In this document: positions 23,183-36,026 of the stretch, piece after piece
Layout: each line of letters opens with the position of its first letter
How positions within the stretch are numbered: position 1 is the first letter of the stretch
Origin: Paraspadella gotoi
Lineage: Eukaryota > Animalia > Chaetognatha
DNA length: 47,876 nt
NCBI GenBank assembly: GCA_051294375.1
Contig: CM119267.1
Coordinates: forward strand, 1 to 47,876
Direction of reading: 5' to 3'
Notes under the pieces: model-generated
Told to the model about the DNA's origin: nothing
The model's database searches: none
Seen by the model: only the letters and a program-made list of their open reading frames with translations
Made by a program: the position numbers and the translations under genes

Positions 23183-23699
23183 ATAAAAATAAAATTGCTA
23201 TTACAACGAATTTTTCGTTTCATCTCTAACTATTCTAAATAGGCAAAAAAGAAAGTCAAAATACAATGTCTAAAAATGATTTATATTTTCTTTCATCAAC
23301 TTTTGACGAGGAATTCAAATCTGCAATCAAAATTAATAAAAACTTATTTTGAAAATTTTTTTCGATTTATAATGATAGTACTAAATATTAATATAGCTCT
23401 GCAAAAATTTAAGCACACAAAATTAATTTTTTTACAAAATAATAATCAATGATGGTATGTTGTTCATAATTGACATTTAGAATTTTCTTACGTAACTTTC
23501 ACTACGTTCTAATATCTATATCTATAGCCTCCTAAATTAAAATTTTCTTGTTTACTAAAATGTATTTTCTTTTTTTTCTCTTTCAAATAACTTATAATTT
23601 TTAGTAAAAGATTATTTAAGCCTACAAATTATAATTAGTAAATCGGCTCTGGAGACATAAAAAAGACTGAATATCATGAATAGAAAGAAATATCCAACT

Positions 23700-24240
23700 T
23701 AATTTATAAGTTTGAAGTAATATAGTTGAATGATATCTAGTATTATTCACTCTACTAACTTGGCATCCATATGCATATCAAGAAGTAGGGGTACAAGTGC
23801 CAGGCCGAGCACATTCAATGTAAAAGTCATAACAATTCTCCAGGAATTTCCAATGAGTCGTGGATAGTTATTTCTGTTCTTTGTCAAAAAAAATATGCAC
23901 AATAAACTGCACAAAAAAGCCCGTGAAATAGCAATATAAACAATAGAATCCACCCAAATATGTTTTTAATGTCCTGATCGGACAATAAGTTCGAAATTGT
24001 AACTTGTACATCAGATCCCAAGTCAAATATGTTCAGAAATATGTTGATCCATAAATATATGGATTGAAACTCCATAATTTGTACACTTTCTACTATACTC
24101 ACAGTGGTTTTGATGAAATCTAAGGGTAGCTACCACAACTTATTGGGCAAACAGTTTCTTTTATTTATCAAATCTTTGATATTTGTTTATTGAGAATCCA
24201 ATACCAAAATGCTACATGCATACTGAATATCTTCAAAAGA
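23700..24240 (-). pseudogene. XK-related copy A, N-terminal coding segment
   Basis: IFLNIFDLGSDVQVT (XK-type D-x-x-S-D helix) followed by hydrophobic helices; frameshifted; homologous to 44530-45065. Confidence 0.65.
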
Positions 24241-24440
24241 AACAATAGAATTAATCAATAAAATCAATGGAATCACTAGAATCAATTAAGAGAATCAATG
24301 GAATCAATAGAAACAATAAAATCAATAGAAACAATGTAATCAATAGAATCAATACAATCAATAGAAACAATAGAATCAATAGAATCAATGGACTCATTAC
24401 TCATTAGAAACAATACAATCAATAGAATCAATAACAAAAA
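24240..24440. repeat. 9-bp minisatellite (AATCAATAG)n
   Basis: Direct reading. Confidence 0.85.
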
Positions 24441-24732
24441 TCTTAAAAGAATAGGATCTCGCCTACCTTTATTGATAACCAAATATTGATGATTTCGGTA
24501 AGAAATCTATGCGAAAATCTCCGCGATTGTAAATTTGGCATTTTGTAGAGAAAAAAGCGCGGAATAAATGGCGGCCAATAATAAAAGTTTTAGAAGCGAA
24601 AAAGACAGAGAGAGTAGAGAGAGAGAAAGACAGGAGAGAAAGCTGGACAGCCGCTGGACCGCCCGCTGCAGATAGCTGAACTCGTTTTTTTGACGAATCT
24701 GCAGTTTAGAAACGAACTCTTTCCTTTCTATT

Positions 24733-26253
24733 AAAACAAGTTATGAGCAAAAATGTCGGATCTGCCTTACAATTAATTAAGCGGTAATCTGCTAATCAGA
24801 TGATAATCACAATATTTTTTTTTTTAAATTTATTTTTTAACCGCATTCATTTTTTTTTTAACTCGGCATAATTTGTTCACGGCACATAATTTTCAACTTC
24901 AACATTTATTTCAATTTACATTATTTTTTTACAATTCGCATCATTTTGAAACTCGCATCATTTTTTCCATGCACATAATTTCTTCAACTCATCATTTTTT
25001 TTCAAATTTAAATCATTTTTACAATTCGGCATCTTTTTTTAACTTGCATAATTTTTTCAACTTGCATAATTTTTTAACTTGCATAAATTCTCAATTGCAT
25101 TAAATTTTTTCAACTTAATAATTTTTTCAATTGCCCATAATTTTTTCAATTTGCATATTTTTTTCAACTTTGCATAATTTTTTCAACTTGCATAATTTTT
25201 TTTACTTGCATAATTTTATAAAATTGTATCATTTTCAAATAATTATATTAATTTAATTAAAACCTTTATAGTAATCATAAATAAAAAAGATTCAAGGAAA
25301 ATGTGAATTTATGCTTTTTTTCCATTTAAACTGCATTTTCCACAGACACCAATTCCCGTCAAATACTTTATAATCTAGCTTCTTCACACACTTTCCTTTC
25401 AATCTATTAATTCAATTATAATTAATCTCGAGTAATTATGCGGTTAAAATAATAACATTGCCAGGACTAACAGATCGTGGAAAACAAAAGATTCAAGTAA
25501 GTGTAATCGTGGCGAGTGTTTCCCACTCGCACGATTCCATGCGAAACTTTTATATCAGCTTTATCTCACACTGTCCTACCCACACACAAAATTTCATTCT
25601 AATCCAACCAGCCAATCACAAGTTATTGGAAGCTTTTTGACTAATTGATTAATTAACTGATTAATTATTTTGCTATTTATTAATTACATACTTCATTTAC
25701 ATTTAATATAAAAGCGAAAAAAGAAGCATAATCAATTAGTGCAAACAGGTTTTTTTTGTTTTTTTTCATTTAAAAATTCATTTCCACTCCAAACGATTCC
25801 ATCGAAACTTTATTTCCAGGCTTAATCACACTTTCCTACCCAATACAAAATTTCAAGTCAATCGCCCCATCCACTCTGAGTAATTGGTGCTTCAAATATG
25901 TGAAATTTATTTTTATTTTTTCCATTTAAAACTCATTTCCACCTCTGGCGATTCCATCGAAACTTCATACACAGCCTCAATCACCACACCCATTACACAA
26001 AATTTCAATTCCAATCCATCCATCCAACACGAGTAATTTGGTGTTTTTTGCTAAGTTGCGGACGGACGGACGGACGGATGGACGGGGAATGATGGATGGA
26101 GGACGGACGGACTTACTTTTTTTAACATAATTTTATTCATAATTCAATGTTCTGACATTGCTAATAAGTTAGTGCCCGATAATATTGGAGGGCGACCGAC
26201 TGACGGACAAAGTGAATTATAGAGTCGGCGATCTTTATCAGCAGATCCGACAA
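24733..26253 (-). mobile_element. Full-length DINE-1/HINE-like element
   Basis: Reverse complement of 38905-40353, including subTIRs, (GGAC)n, central tandem repeats and the 18-bp minisatellite. Confidence 0.75.
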
Positions 26254-29200
26254 AAAAAATATTAAAAAATAATATTTGGGTATAGCAGCCCTATAGAGCC
26301 ATATAAAACAATTGTTATTACATTAAAATACTTTAAAAATGCCATACAATTTTTCGTTTTGGAGCATGTTTCGCTAAGGTACGTAGTAAAGTTACATACG
26401 AAAAATTCTTAAGTCAATTATGAAACAACATACCATCATATAATTTTCGCTGTAGAGTAGCTATAGTATATATAGTATTATCCTTATAAAATCGAAAAAT
26501 TTCAAAAATAGCTTTTTTAATTTTAATTGCAGATTTGAATTCCTCATCAAAAGTTGATAGAAGAAAATATAAATCATTTTTTAAAAATCTTTCATTAAGT
26601 GGTTAAAAATTAAAAAAACTATTTTAATATATAAAAAGTTAATTTTTCAGCTTAAAATATAGCTTTTTCTAATTTTTGACCCACTTAATGAAGAATTTTT
26701 CAAAAAGAGTTATATTTCTTTATATCAACTTTTTATGACGAATCCAAATACTGCAAAAAATTTCTTAGAAAAGAAAAAGAAGCAGGACAACGCTGCAGAG
26801 GCCGGAACTCGTTTTTAGGCAAATCAGAAGAAGCTTGGTGAATCGGAGAAAGAATCATTAAAAATGGCAGACGCGAAAATTGGAATCTATTAATAACTAT
26901 GATTGATATGTCATAAGTATTATCTAGCTTGTAATTATTATAACATCGGCTTGCGACTAACCTGTTATGTGTATGTTTGAGACGAGGAAAATTAAGGAAG
27001 AGAGAGAGAGAGATAGAAGAGGAGACTTGCTATGCTTTTGCCAAAGCGCATTTCGGATAACTTTTCAACCATTTGTCCACATCATGACTGATTCAATTTA
27101 TTAAATTCCTAAATCGGAGAATTTTGTTCAAAACTTTTGCCGATGGCCCTTGGAATTTTAGCACGTGGAAGCGACCATCAATTTACGACATAATTTATAT
27201 ATATTTAAAAATACATGCCAACTTGATATTTAGCCGATCTGCTACAGACAGATCTCAGCTCATAATTCACTTTTCTTCGATCTGTCAGTCGCACACCATT
27301 ATTCTTGTCGGTCGGTCGGGTCTGCGTTCAGTCACTTAATCATCAAAAACACTCGGAATAAATAGAAAATACAATTTTGACAAACAATATCGGATCTGCC
27401 TCCAATAATTAAGCGGTAATACAGTGATAATAAAATCACGGTAATTTTTTTTATTACTTTTAATTTGTGATCCACTAAGCAAATTCATGGTTCAGATATT
27501 GAACTCCAAAAATTACTTCTGAACTATGAGCATTAAAATGCAGGAATGTTTATAATTTTTAAGGAAATCAAATTTTGGATTTTTAAAGATCATCTTAGAG
27601 TTATACGCATTATTCTTTAATATTAATAAGTGGTTTAATTAGACTAAAATCAATCATATCGATGAAGCATTTTCTTTTTAGAATAAACATAAATCTAAAG
27701 ATTATATTTTGCTTATTAAGATCTATCAGATTCATAAAATAAATATCCAAAAATACATAGAATAATTTTTAGCGAACTCTTCGGCATTTTGAAATTTAAA
27801 CAATTCATATGGATATAAGCCCTAAGATTTCACCTTCCGTAATATTACAGACTTTAAAAAATTTGAATCTATAAATCAATTTAATCACTCATATTTGTAT
27901 TACATTTTTGCTAATTTTGATAATTGGGTCACTTTGGCATAATTGGTCAACTTGCTCCATTTAATCAATTGGCATAATTTAATCAACTTGCATATTTGCG
28001 TCAACTGCGGCATTTTTGGTCAAACTGACATAATTTTTCAACTGGCATAATTGATCAACTTTCAAAATTGGTTAAGACGGAATAATTTGTCAACTGCATA
28101 ATTTGGTCCTCCGGCATAATTTGTCAACTGAAATAATTTTCATGAATGGCATAGTTGCTTATTTGACGTTAATTAGGACAACTGGTATAATTGAATAGAT
28201 TGCGTATAATTGGTAGACTGGCATAATTTGGTCAATTGACGTAATTTGGTCAAACCGACATAATTGGTCAATTGACTTAAATTGTTGACTGGCATTAATT
28301 TGGTCAAGTGGCCATAATTTGGACAATGGCATAATTTGGACAACTTGTGCATAAATTGGACAACTTGCCTAAATGGTAAACTGACATAATTTGCTTAACT
28401 GACATTAATTTGCTCAAACGGCCAATAAATTGGTCAGCTGGCATTAATTTTTATCAACCGCATAATTTGGGTCAATTGATCTTAATTTGGTCAATTTCAT
28501 AATTTGGTCATTGGCATAATTTTCAGACTTGCTTAATGGTCACTAAATGGTCACTCTGACATAAATTACTCAACGGCATATTGCTCACCAGTATAATTTG
28601 GTTAACAGCATAAATTTGCTCAATTGCAAATTTTATCAACTGGCATAAATTGATCAACTTGCAGTAATTTGGGTCACTGAATAATTTGGTCAACTCGGCT
28701 AATTTAGTCAATCATTGCATCAATTCAATCAATCAATTAGAAGAGATATTACATTTTGGATTTAAGTTATTTTTGTTTGAATTTCCACTTCATTATGATT
28801 TTACGCAATATGCAAATGAAGATATAGTACTCATTTTATAATATCAAATTATAATATAAGAAAGCTTATCGTACATTAACATATTTGAGGTATAAATATT
28901 GAAGATGAAATTCAAAATTTTTCTTTAAATCTATAATAAAAATGGGAAATCAAAGCCTTTTAATGAGAGCTATATCTTAATTTTAATACAATAAAAAATA
29001 AAATACAAGCTATGATTGGAAACAATTGTAAACAATTTCCAATTTTAAACCAATTGTAACATTTTTTCTTCTTTTATTTCTTTAAATATTATGTATTTTT
29101 CTTCCCTATTTTGTCAGTTGCTGCCTCTTCTGAACCCTTTAAAAACGAGTTCAGGCTTGCAGTGATTGTACAACTGCCCTTCCAGCGGCTTGTCAGCTTT

Positions 29201-32200
29201 TCTCTATTTCTCTTCTCTGTCTCTATCATGTCTCTTTCTTTCTCTTCTGTCTCTCCTGCTCTCTGTTTCTCTCTCCCTCTCTCTGCTACGGATCTCTCGT
29301 GCGCGATCGTTTTTTGAAACAATTTTGATATATTTTTCCTTTTAAAAAATTTTATTATCGCAATTTATTCTGCGCTTTTTTCTCAATGCAAAATCCCAAA
29401 TTTACATCCGAGATTTCGTGGATATTCTCTTACTTTCTCTCTCTCTATTCTTTCTCTCTCTCTCTCTTTCTCTCTCTTTTCACTCATACACGCATTTTGT
29501 CTTGTTTTATTTATGATGAATGATTCATTGCGTCAATGAATGACTATCATCTGCATCAATGAGATGACTATTCATCCATTCAATGAATGACTTATCAATG
29601 CACATCATGATACTGCATTGATAAATTGTTATTATCACTTCATCATTTTGTTATCATCACATCGATCATTGGTTATATCGCCATCAATTATTGCGGTTAT
29701 CATGCGCATCATTATTTGGTTATCATCGCATCAATCACTTTGAGTTATCATCGCATCTCAATCCTTTGGTCTATCATCGCANNNNNNNNNNNNNNNNNNN
29801 NNNNNNATTTGAATCTTCTTTTAAAAATAAAAAATTCCAAAAAAAAAATTTTGACATTTCCTATCTATAAAAAAAATTAAAAAATTAATTACTAATTCTT
29901 CTTGCCATTTTAAAAAATTTTGCTCCATTGAAAGTTTTCTCAGAAATGTATGAAGTTTCATTTGGAAAGGTTCCCAAATCAAACTTCTGACCCACCCCAT
30001 TGACGAAGTTTGGCTCTAGTGTTGAGATCACAAATTAAAAGTAAAAAAAAAATTACCGTGATTTATTATCACTTTATTACCGCTTAATTATTGGAGGCAG
30101 ATCCGATATTGTTTGCTCAAACTTGTATTTTCTATTTATTCGATGTTTTTGATGATTAAAGTGACTGACCAACCGACCGACCGACAAGATAATGGTTGGC
30201 GACTGACAGATCGAGAAAGTGAATTATAGAGCTGAGATCTGCTGTAAGCAGATCCGGCTAAATATCAAGTTGCATGTATTTTAAATATATAAAATTATGT
30301 CGTAAATTTGATGTCGCTTCCCACGTCTAAAAATTCCAGGGCCATCGGCAAAAGTTTTGACAAAATTCTCCGCATTTAGGAATTTAATAAATTGAATCAG
30401 TCATGATGTGACAAAATGGTTGAAAAGTATCCGAAATGCGCTTTGCAAAAGCAAGCAAGTCTCTCTCTCTATCTCTCTCTCTCTCTCTTCCTTAATTTTC
30501 CTCGTCTCAAACATCACATAACGAGGTTAGTCCCAGCCGTTGTTATAATAATTACAAGCTAGATAATTACTTATGACATATCAATCATAGTTAATTAATA
30601 GATTCCAATTTTCGCTCTGCCATTTTTATGATTTCTTTCTCCGATTCACCAAGCTTCTTCTGATTTGTCTAAAAACGAGTTCCGGCTCTGCAGCGTCTGT
30701 CCTGCTTCTTTTTCTTTTTCTAAGATTTTTTTGAGTTTGAGTTCGCATGTATGATTGCATACTCTTTTAAAAACTTCTTCATTAAGTGGGTCAAATTAGA
30801 AAAGCTATATTTTAAGCTGAAAATTAACTTTTTATATATTAAATATATTTTTTTAATTTTTAACCCACTTAATGAAAGAATTTATAATATTTTATATTTT
30901 CTTCTATCAACTTTTGATGAGGAATTAAATCTGCAATTAAAATTAAGAAAAGCCTATTTTGAAATTTTTCGATTTTAATAAGGATAATACTACGCGAAAT
31001 TTAATGATGGTATATTGACAAGATGGTTGAGAAAAAATTTTTATTTCGGTTTTCGGGCCTTTTTATCTTCCTTACCACTGAGTCAGTTCATATTCAATTG
31101 AAAATATATTGTTTGCCTTTGAATTAATTTTAAAATTGAACTAGTCAAAAACTCAACATTTTTAGTTATTTATTACAATTTGTTAAAAACAAAAAAGTTT
31201 GATTTACTTACAATTCTAGGCAAATATTCCTATTCAACCGAGCTTCCAACACCTAAAAAATTATGGAAATATTCAATACTTTGGTAAAATTTAAACCGAC
31301 TTTTATATTTGTGAGGTATATTTTTTTTAAAACTAAAACTCGTTTTTTAACTAATTTTATAGTTTCATCAGATGAGAAATGCACTTATGTTCAAGTTTTA
31401 AAAAAAAACCGCATTCTTTTAATGTCATGGGAAGCTTCAGGACCTTTTTTTCTTCCATCGACACGTTTTTGCGGAAAAAATTTCCGCAAAAATCTGTCGA
31501 TTTTTAAAATCTGCTAGGCAACCAAACTTCCGCTAAAATCTTGCACTCCCTATTTTTTTCTTACAATACATTTGAAAGATTTGAAAATTAGTGAGAAGAG
31601 AAAAAGATAAGAGAAGCAGAGTATGGGTGAAAAAAAAGGGGCAGGGAGAGGGAGAACAAGTGAAAAATTATTATATGGGGAGAAGATGGAGAATGAGAAT
31701 GATTAAAGAAAAGAAAAAACAAGAAAGAAGGAAGAAAGAGAATCAGAGAGGGAAGAGAAGCAGAGATAGAGCGGAAGGGAAATAAAGGTAAAGGAAGAAA
31801 AGAATGGATGACACAGATAATTATGAGGAGAGAAAGTAAGAGAAAGGGAGAAAGACAGAGAGAAAGAGAGAGGGACAGAGAGAAAGTTCAAAAAGAGAAA
31901 AGTAAATAAGAAAAGGAGTAGAAAAAAAGGAAAAGTTTTATACTATAGCATGCCGTTTTTTTGCCTAAGCAGTACTATATCTAAAATATGTGACAGATCT
32001 TACGAGCAATTTAATCTCTAAAAGTTGATCTTACCATGAAAAATCGTTTTTAGTTTCTTCTTAATTAAGGATGATACCGTATTTGGAATGATTGTCGTAA
32101 AAGAAATCATGTCTTACCGTATTTTTCATGTAAAAATGTGAGATGGAATGGAATCTTTTAATCTTTTAACCTTTTGACGACGACGACAACAATCAAGAAA

Positions 32201-33070
32201 AAAAAAGGGAAAGAACTAAACTAAACCAAAATAAACTTTTCGTCTTCACCTCTATTCTCAAATCTCGAATCTCGAATCTCAATTCTCAAATCTCAAATCT
32301 CAAATCTTAAATCTTAAATCTTAAATCTCAACTCCCAATTCTCATCTCTCAATTCTCAAAATCTCAACTATCAACTATCGACGCCAAAGAACTACAAAAT
32401 GGTCTTCTCCCACCGCTGCCACCATGTCACTATACTCTAGCTACGAGATAGTTTCTGACGAATTCTCTTGGCCTATAAAAACACAGGGGTTTGTAATATC
32501 TATTGTAATATATATAAGGTAAACAAATACAAAATAATATTTAAAGAGAAACGTTTCCTTCGGAGCCACGGCTAAAACTACCAAGATTTCGCGACAGAAT
32601 CGACGAAGTACAATTGTTTACATTTTACAAAGAAAGAAAAGTGGTCATTTCTAAAACACTGGGCCGAGATTTCTTTGTGTTGCACCAGAGTATTCTGACA
32701 CTTTTAGAATTTTCGTATGTCACTTTCACTACGCCTTAGCGAACATGCTCAAACGAAAATTTATGCATTTTTAAGTATACTTTCAATGTACAAACAATTT
32801 TTTATATGGCTCTATAGGCTCTATACCCAAATATTTATTTTTTAATATTTTTTTAGTCGGATCTGCTGATAAGATCCCGACTCTATAATTCACTTTGTCG
32901 GTCAGTCGGTCCGCCCCCTCAATATTATCGGGCACTAACTTATATCATGTCAGAACATTGAATTATGATAAATTATGTAAAAAAAGTAATGTCCGTCCGT
33001 CTGTCCGTCCATCCGTCCGTCCGTCCAAACTTAGCAAAAAACACCAATTACTCATGATTGGATGGATGGA
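26010..33070. repeat. Large inverted duplication: left arm about 26010-27477; right arm about 30017-31017 plus 32700-33070
   Basis: Colinear reverse-complement match through the HINE end, a unique linker, half a MITE and flanking DNA; right arm split by a 1.7-kb insert. Confidence 0.85.
27930..28720. repeat. About 20-bp minisatellite (TTGGTCAACTGGCATAATTT)n
   Basis: Several dozen degenerate units visible. Confidence 0.9.
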
Positions 33071-33089
33071 GGGTCGTACACCAGAGAGA

Positions 33090-33569
33090 GAACTCTTATG
33101 GTATTGATAGGATAGAGATAGAGAATTCTTTGCACCTAATTTTCTTGCTAACTTTTCTGCAGTTTTGCTATTTCGACAAAAATATCCTCCATGTTAATTT
33201 GATTTGATCACCCCATTTAATTATCAGATGCACAGCATTTCATTGAGTTTCACCACGACATACTCAGCCAAACGAAAAATCACTGCCGCCCGAACATAAT
33301 CGCTCCCTCTGTTTGAACACGATTTTCCATATACTTCTTTCCAGTTTGGTTCATTCCGCTCAAAATCAAAGACTACATGTCATACTCTGAAGTTTGGGCA
33401 ACGAAAAACGTCACTGAACAAATTTGAATGACATCATTTTTCAAAAAAAATGGAGGATTTTAACAAAGTCATTAAACACCAGAGCTTTTTGAAAAGAATA
33501 TTAATGTAATTTGCTTTGGTGGGTCTATTAATGTTGGCGCGGCTATGTTTTATTTTGTTATCTTTGTAA
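33090..33569 (+). pseudogene. Inverted, insertion-riddled copy of the 3' end of XK copy B
   Basis: CAAAATCAAAGACTACATG..CATTTTTCAAAAAAAATGGAGGA..CCAGAGCTTTTTGAAAA..AATGTAATTTGCTTTG matches the reverse complement of 36027-36430; homology resumes at 34555-34812 versus 35808-36030. Confidence 0.75.
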
Positions 33570-34554
33570 GAGGGAGAGAGAGGGTCATATACAGTAGGTT
33601 TTGTCGCATAGAGCCAATACGGTAATCATTGGATGTTGTTAGAGCTAATATATACCGAGGAAACTAGCTTATTTACTAAGTCATCAGTAATGCACCAGGA
33701 CATAGACCAGAAATAGAAGTTCTCTAATTTATTGTGTGTTGCATTCTGTTCATTCAAATATATTTTTTGTAAATGGGTAAGGAACTAACAACGAATTGTT
33801 AAAGCGGTTAAATGGGTAAGCAACACATTTTTTAAACAGAGTTGTGTTTTTGATACAAATCCTGGTTGTTAAAAAATTCATAGGTAAAGAAAGTTAAAAC
33901 ACCCGGTAATCGGCGGGATAAGGTTTAGGGAAGGGAGAATTAAAAAATTTAGCATCTTGCGTTACTGCTGTTTGGTTTTCGGCAGTCAATGAAACAAAAA
34001 TCTTCAGTTAAATAGACTTGGTAAACGAACTCTCCGAGCTACAATGAATCTTGGACTGAATTTGAACGAGTTTTCGCAAGCCTACAACGACTGGCAATAA
34101 TATGAAATTAAAAGATTTGATTAGCAATCTTAAAAACACATTTGTAAACAATGTAATAAGAGAGACATTTTTGATAAAGCAGCGCGTTTCCAGTTAGAGA
34201 AGAATCGTCAGGGTTAAAGAGTTCGAGCTAAAAACGTTTCACTTTTCAAGGATACAAGGTTGAAATTTTAAAATGTCTCTCTATTACATTTTTTCTAATT
34301 CAGTAATAAATAATTCGATCGAAAAAAATATCAGATGGATTGGCCTTTTTTCGTTTGACCTGCAAACTGCTTCAGATAGGTTTTCCTTTTTATTTTATAA
34401 TTATAATTAAAACCGATATACAAATGGGGTAGAAATGCATCAACATGCTTAAAAGTGAATAGCATTTCGGAATCGCCAGGAAGCTCAGCTTTCGAATTTG
34501 TACTGCCATTTTAGCCTATTATTATGAAGTTGAAATTGAATGACGCCTTTTTCT
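33570..34554. mobile_element. About 1-kb insertion at the TTAA overlapping the XK stop codon (possibly Kolobok-like)
   Basis: Absent at the homologous site 36026-36029; imperfect inverted ends GAGAGAGGGTCAT / ATGACGCCTTTTTC; noisy sequence. Confidence 0.4.
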
Positions 34555-36026
34555 TTAAGAATTTTCATAATTATGGAACACCGGTGGGAAACAGACAAGT
34601 TATAAGGCAAACATACCGATCTGGCCCACGATTGTTAAGCGGGTATTGTATTTAATCGGAGCCATGACGCGGCGAAGCCGGTTCAGGCATTGGCAACTAA
34701 TTTTTTAGATTTAGCTTTTTTGTGACGTCGTCGGCGTCGGTCGTTCCTCGATCGTTCGTCGGCGGGGCGTCCACGCTAGTTGTTTAATAAAAAAGCTACT
34801 GAAACGCTTTTTATTAGGTTTGGTTGGGCAACTTAAACACGTTTTTTTAAATAAAAATTATCTATGGAATTATGATAAAGTTTTTAACAAAAGTGTGCGA
34901 TCATAGTAAGTAAAAAAATTTAGATATGGCTTCTCATCTGAAATAGCTTTGATAATTTTTCGTATTACATTTGGATTTAAGTATATTTTTGGTTTGAACT
35001 TTCCACTTCATTGATGATATTTACTGGCAAATATGGCAAATGAGATTGATAGTACTCATTATAGATATCCGAAATTAGTATAATAGAAATGCTTTACATC
35101 TAATTTGCATATGTGGCAGTATATCAATACTTGAGAAGGATGAAATTCAAGAAATTGTTATTTTTACAATCTATAAGTAATAAATTCGAACTGCAAAAAA
35201 AGTTAAAAACCTTTTTTTTTTTAAATGAGAAGGCTAATATCTAAAATTTTAATAACAAATAAAAATAAAAATCTTTTTACAAGCTATTTACAAAATTGGT
35301 TCATTCTTACATCCAAACCAAGCCAATGCACGAGTTATTGGAGCCTGTATTTGCACTAGATTGATTAATTTAACCTGAATTAAATTATTTGATTTTATTA
35401 ATACATACCTTCACTTTACATCTTAACTATAAAAGGAAGAACGCAGGAGAAGCCATAACTCAATTAGTGAAACGGTCTTTTTTGTTTTTCTTTTTCAGTT
35501 TACAATGCAATCTTCCACCATACAAACATTGCATCGAAACTTGATTTCGCAGCCTTAATCACACTATCCTACGCGGCAATACAAAATTTTGCAAGTCATG
35601 CGCACACCATCAGACTCTTGAGGTAATTGGCTGTTTCAAATAGTGAACATTTATTATTTTTATTTTCTTCTATTTAAACTGCAATTTCCACTCGTGCGAT
35701 CTCCATCGCAAACTTACAACAGCTCAGATCACACACTTCCTACCCATGACACAAAATTTCATTCCAAATCGCATCTGCATGCNNNNNNNNNNNNNNNNNN
35801 NNNNNNNAAAAGCGTAGTAGTTTTTATTTAAAAATAGCGTGACGCCGCCGACGACGACGAGGACGACGACGCCGACGACGTCACAAAGAAGCAAATCTAA
35901 AAAATTATTGAGCCTGAACCGGCTTCGCCGGTCATGGCTCGATAAAAAATACCGCTAACAATCGTGGGCAGATCCGGTATTGTTTGCTATAACTTGTTTG
36001 TTCCATGTTCATAATTATGAAAATTC

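Larger units (their letters stand above)
22045..23270. mobile_element. Penelope-like non-autonomous insertion with about 290-bp inverted arms
   Basis: Arms 22046-22335 and 22936-23226; one hammerhead per arm followed by AATAAA; 13-bp TSD TAAAAATGATTTA; right arm about 45 bp longer. Confidence 0.75.
21664..23511 (+). mobile_element. hAT-like MITE hosting a Penelope-type insertion
   Basis: Same family ends and body; flanks ATATCTAAT / ATATCTAT suggest an 8-bp TSD. Confidence 0.75.

Noticed and set aside
22046-23226. Mutator/Pack-MULE interpretation of the GAG-starting long inverted repeats
   Set aside because: The TSD is 13 bp and offset 45 bp from one arm, and the arms contain hammerhead cores plus AATAAA, which fits Penelope-like elements better
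27930-28720. CRISPR-like appearance of regular repeats (also 765-1480 and 39920-40260)
   Set aside because: Contiguous degenerate tandem units with no unique spacers, no cas genes and a eukaryotic context
31335-31375. Possible hammerhead on the minus strand (CTGATGA-AACTA..TAGTT-AAAAAAC)
   Set aside because: Lacks GAAA and a valid stem III and cleavage site
32895-33107. Repeated ORF MSVSRSAPSILSGTNLYHVRT (also 38950-39135)
   Set aside because: It is the non-coding HINE core read in an incidental frame
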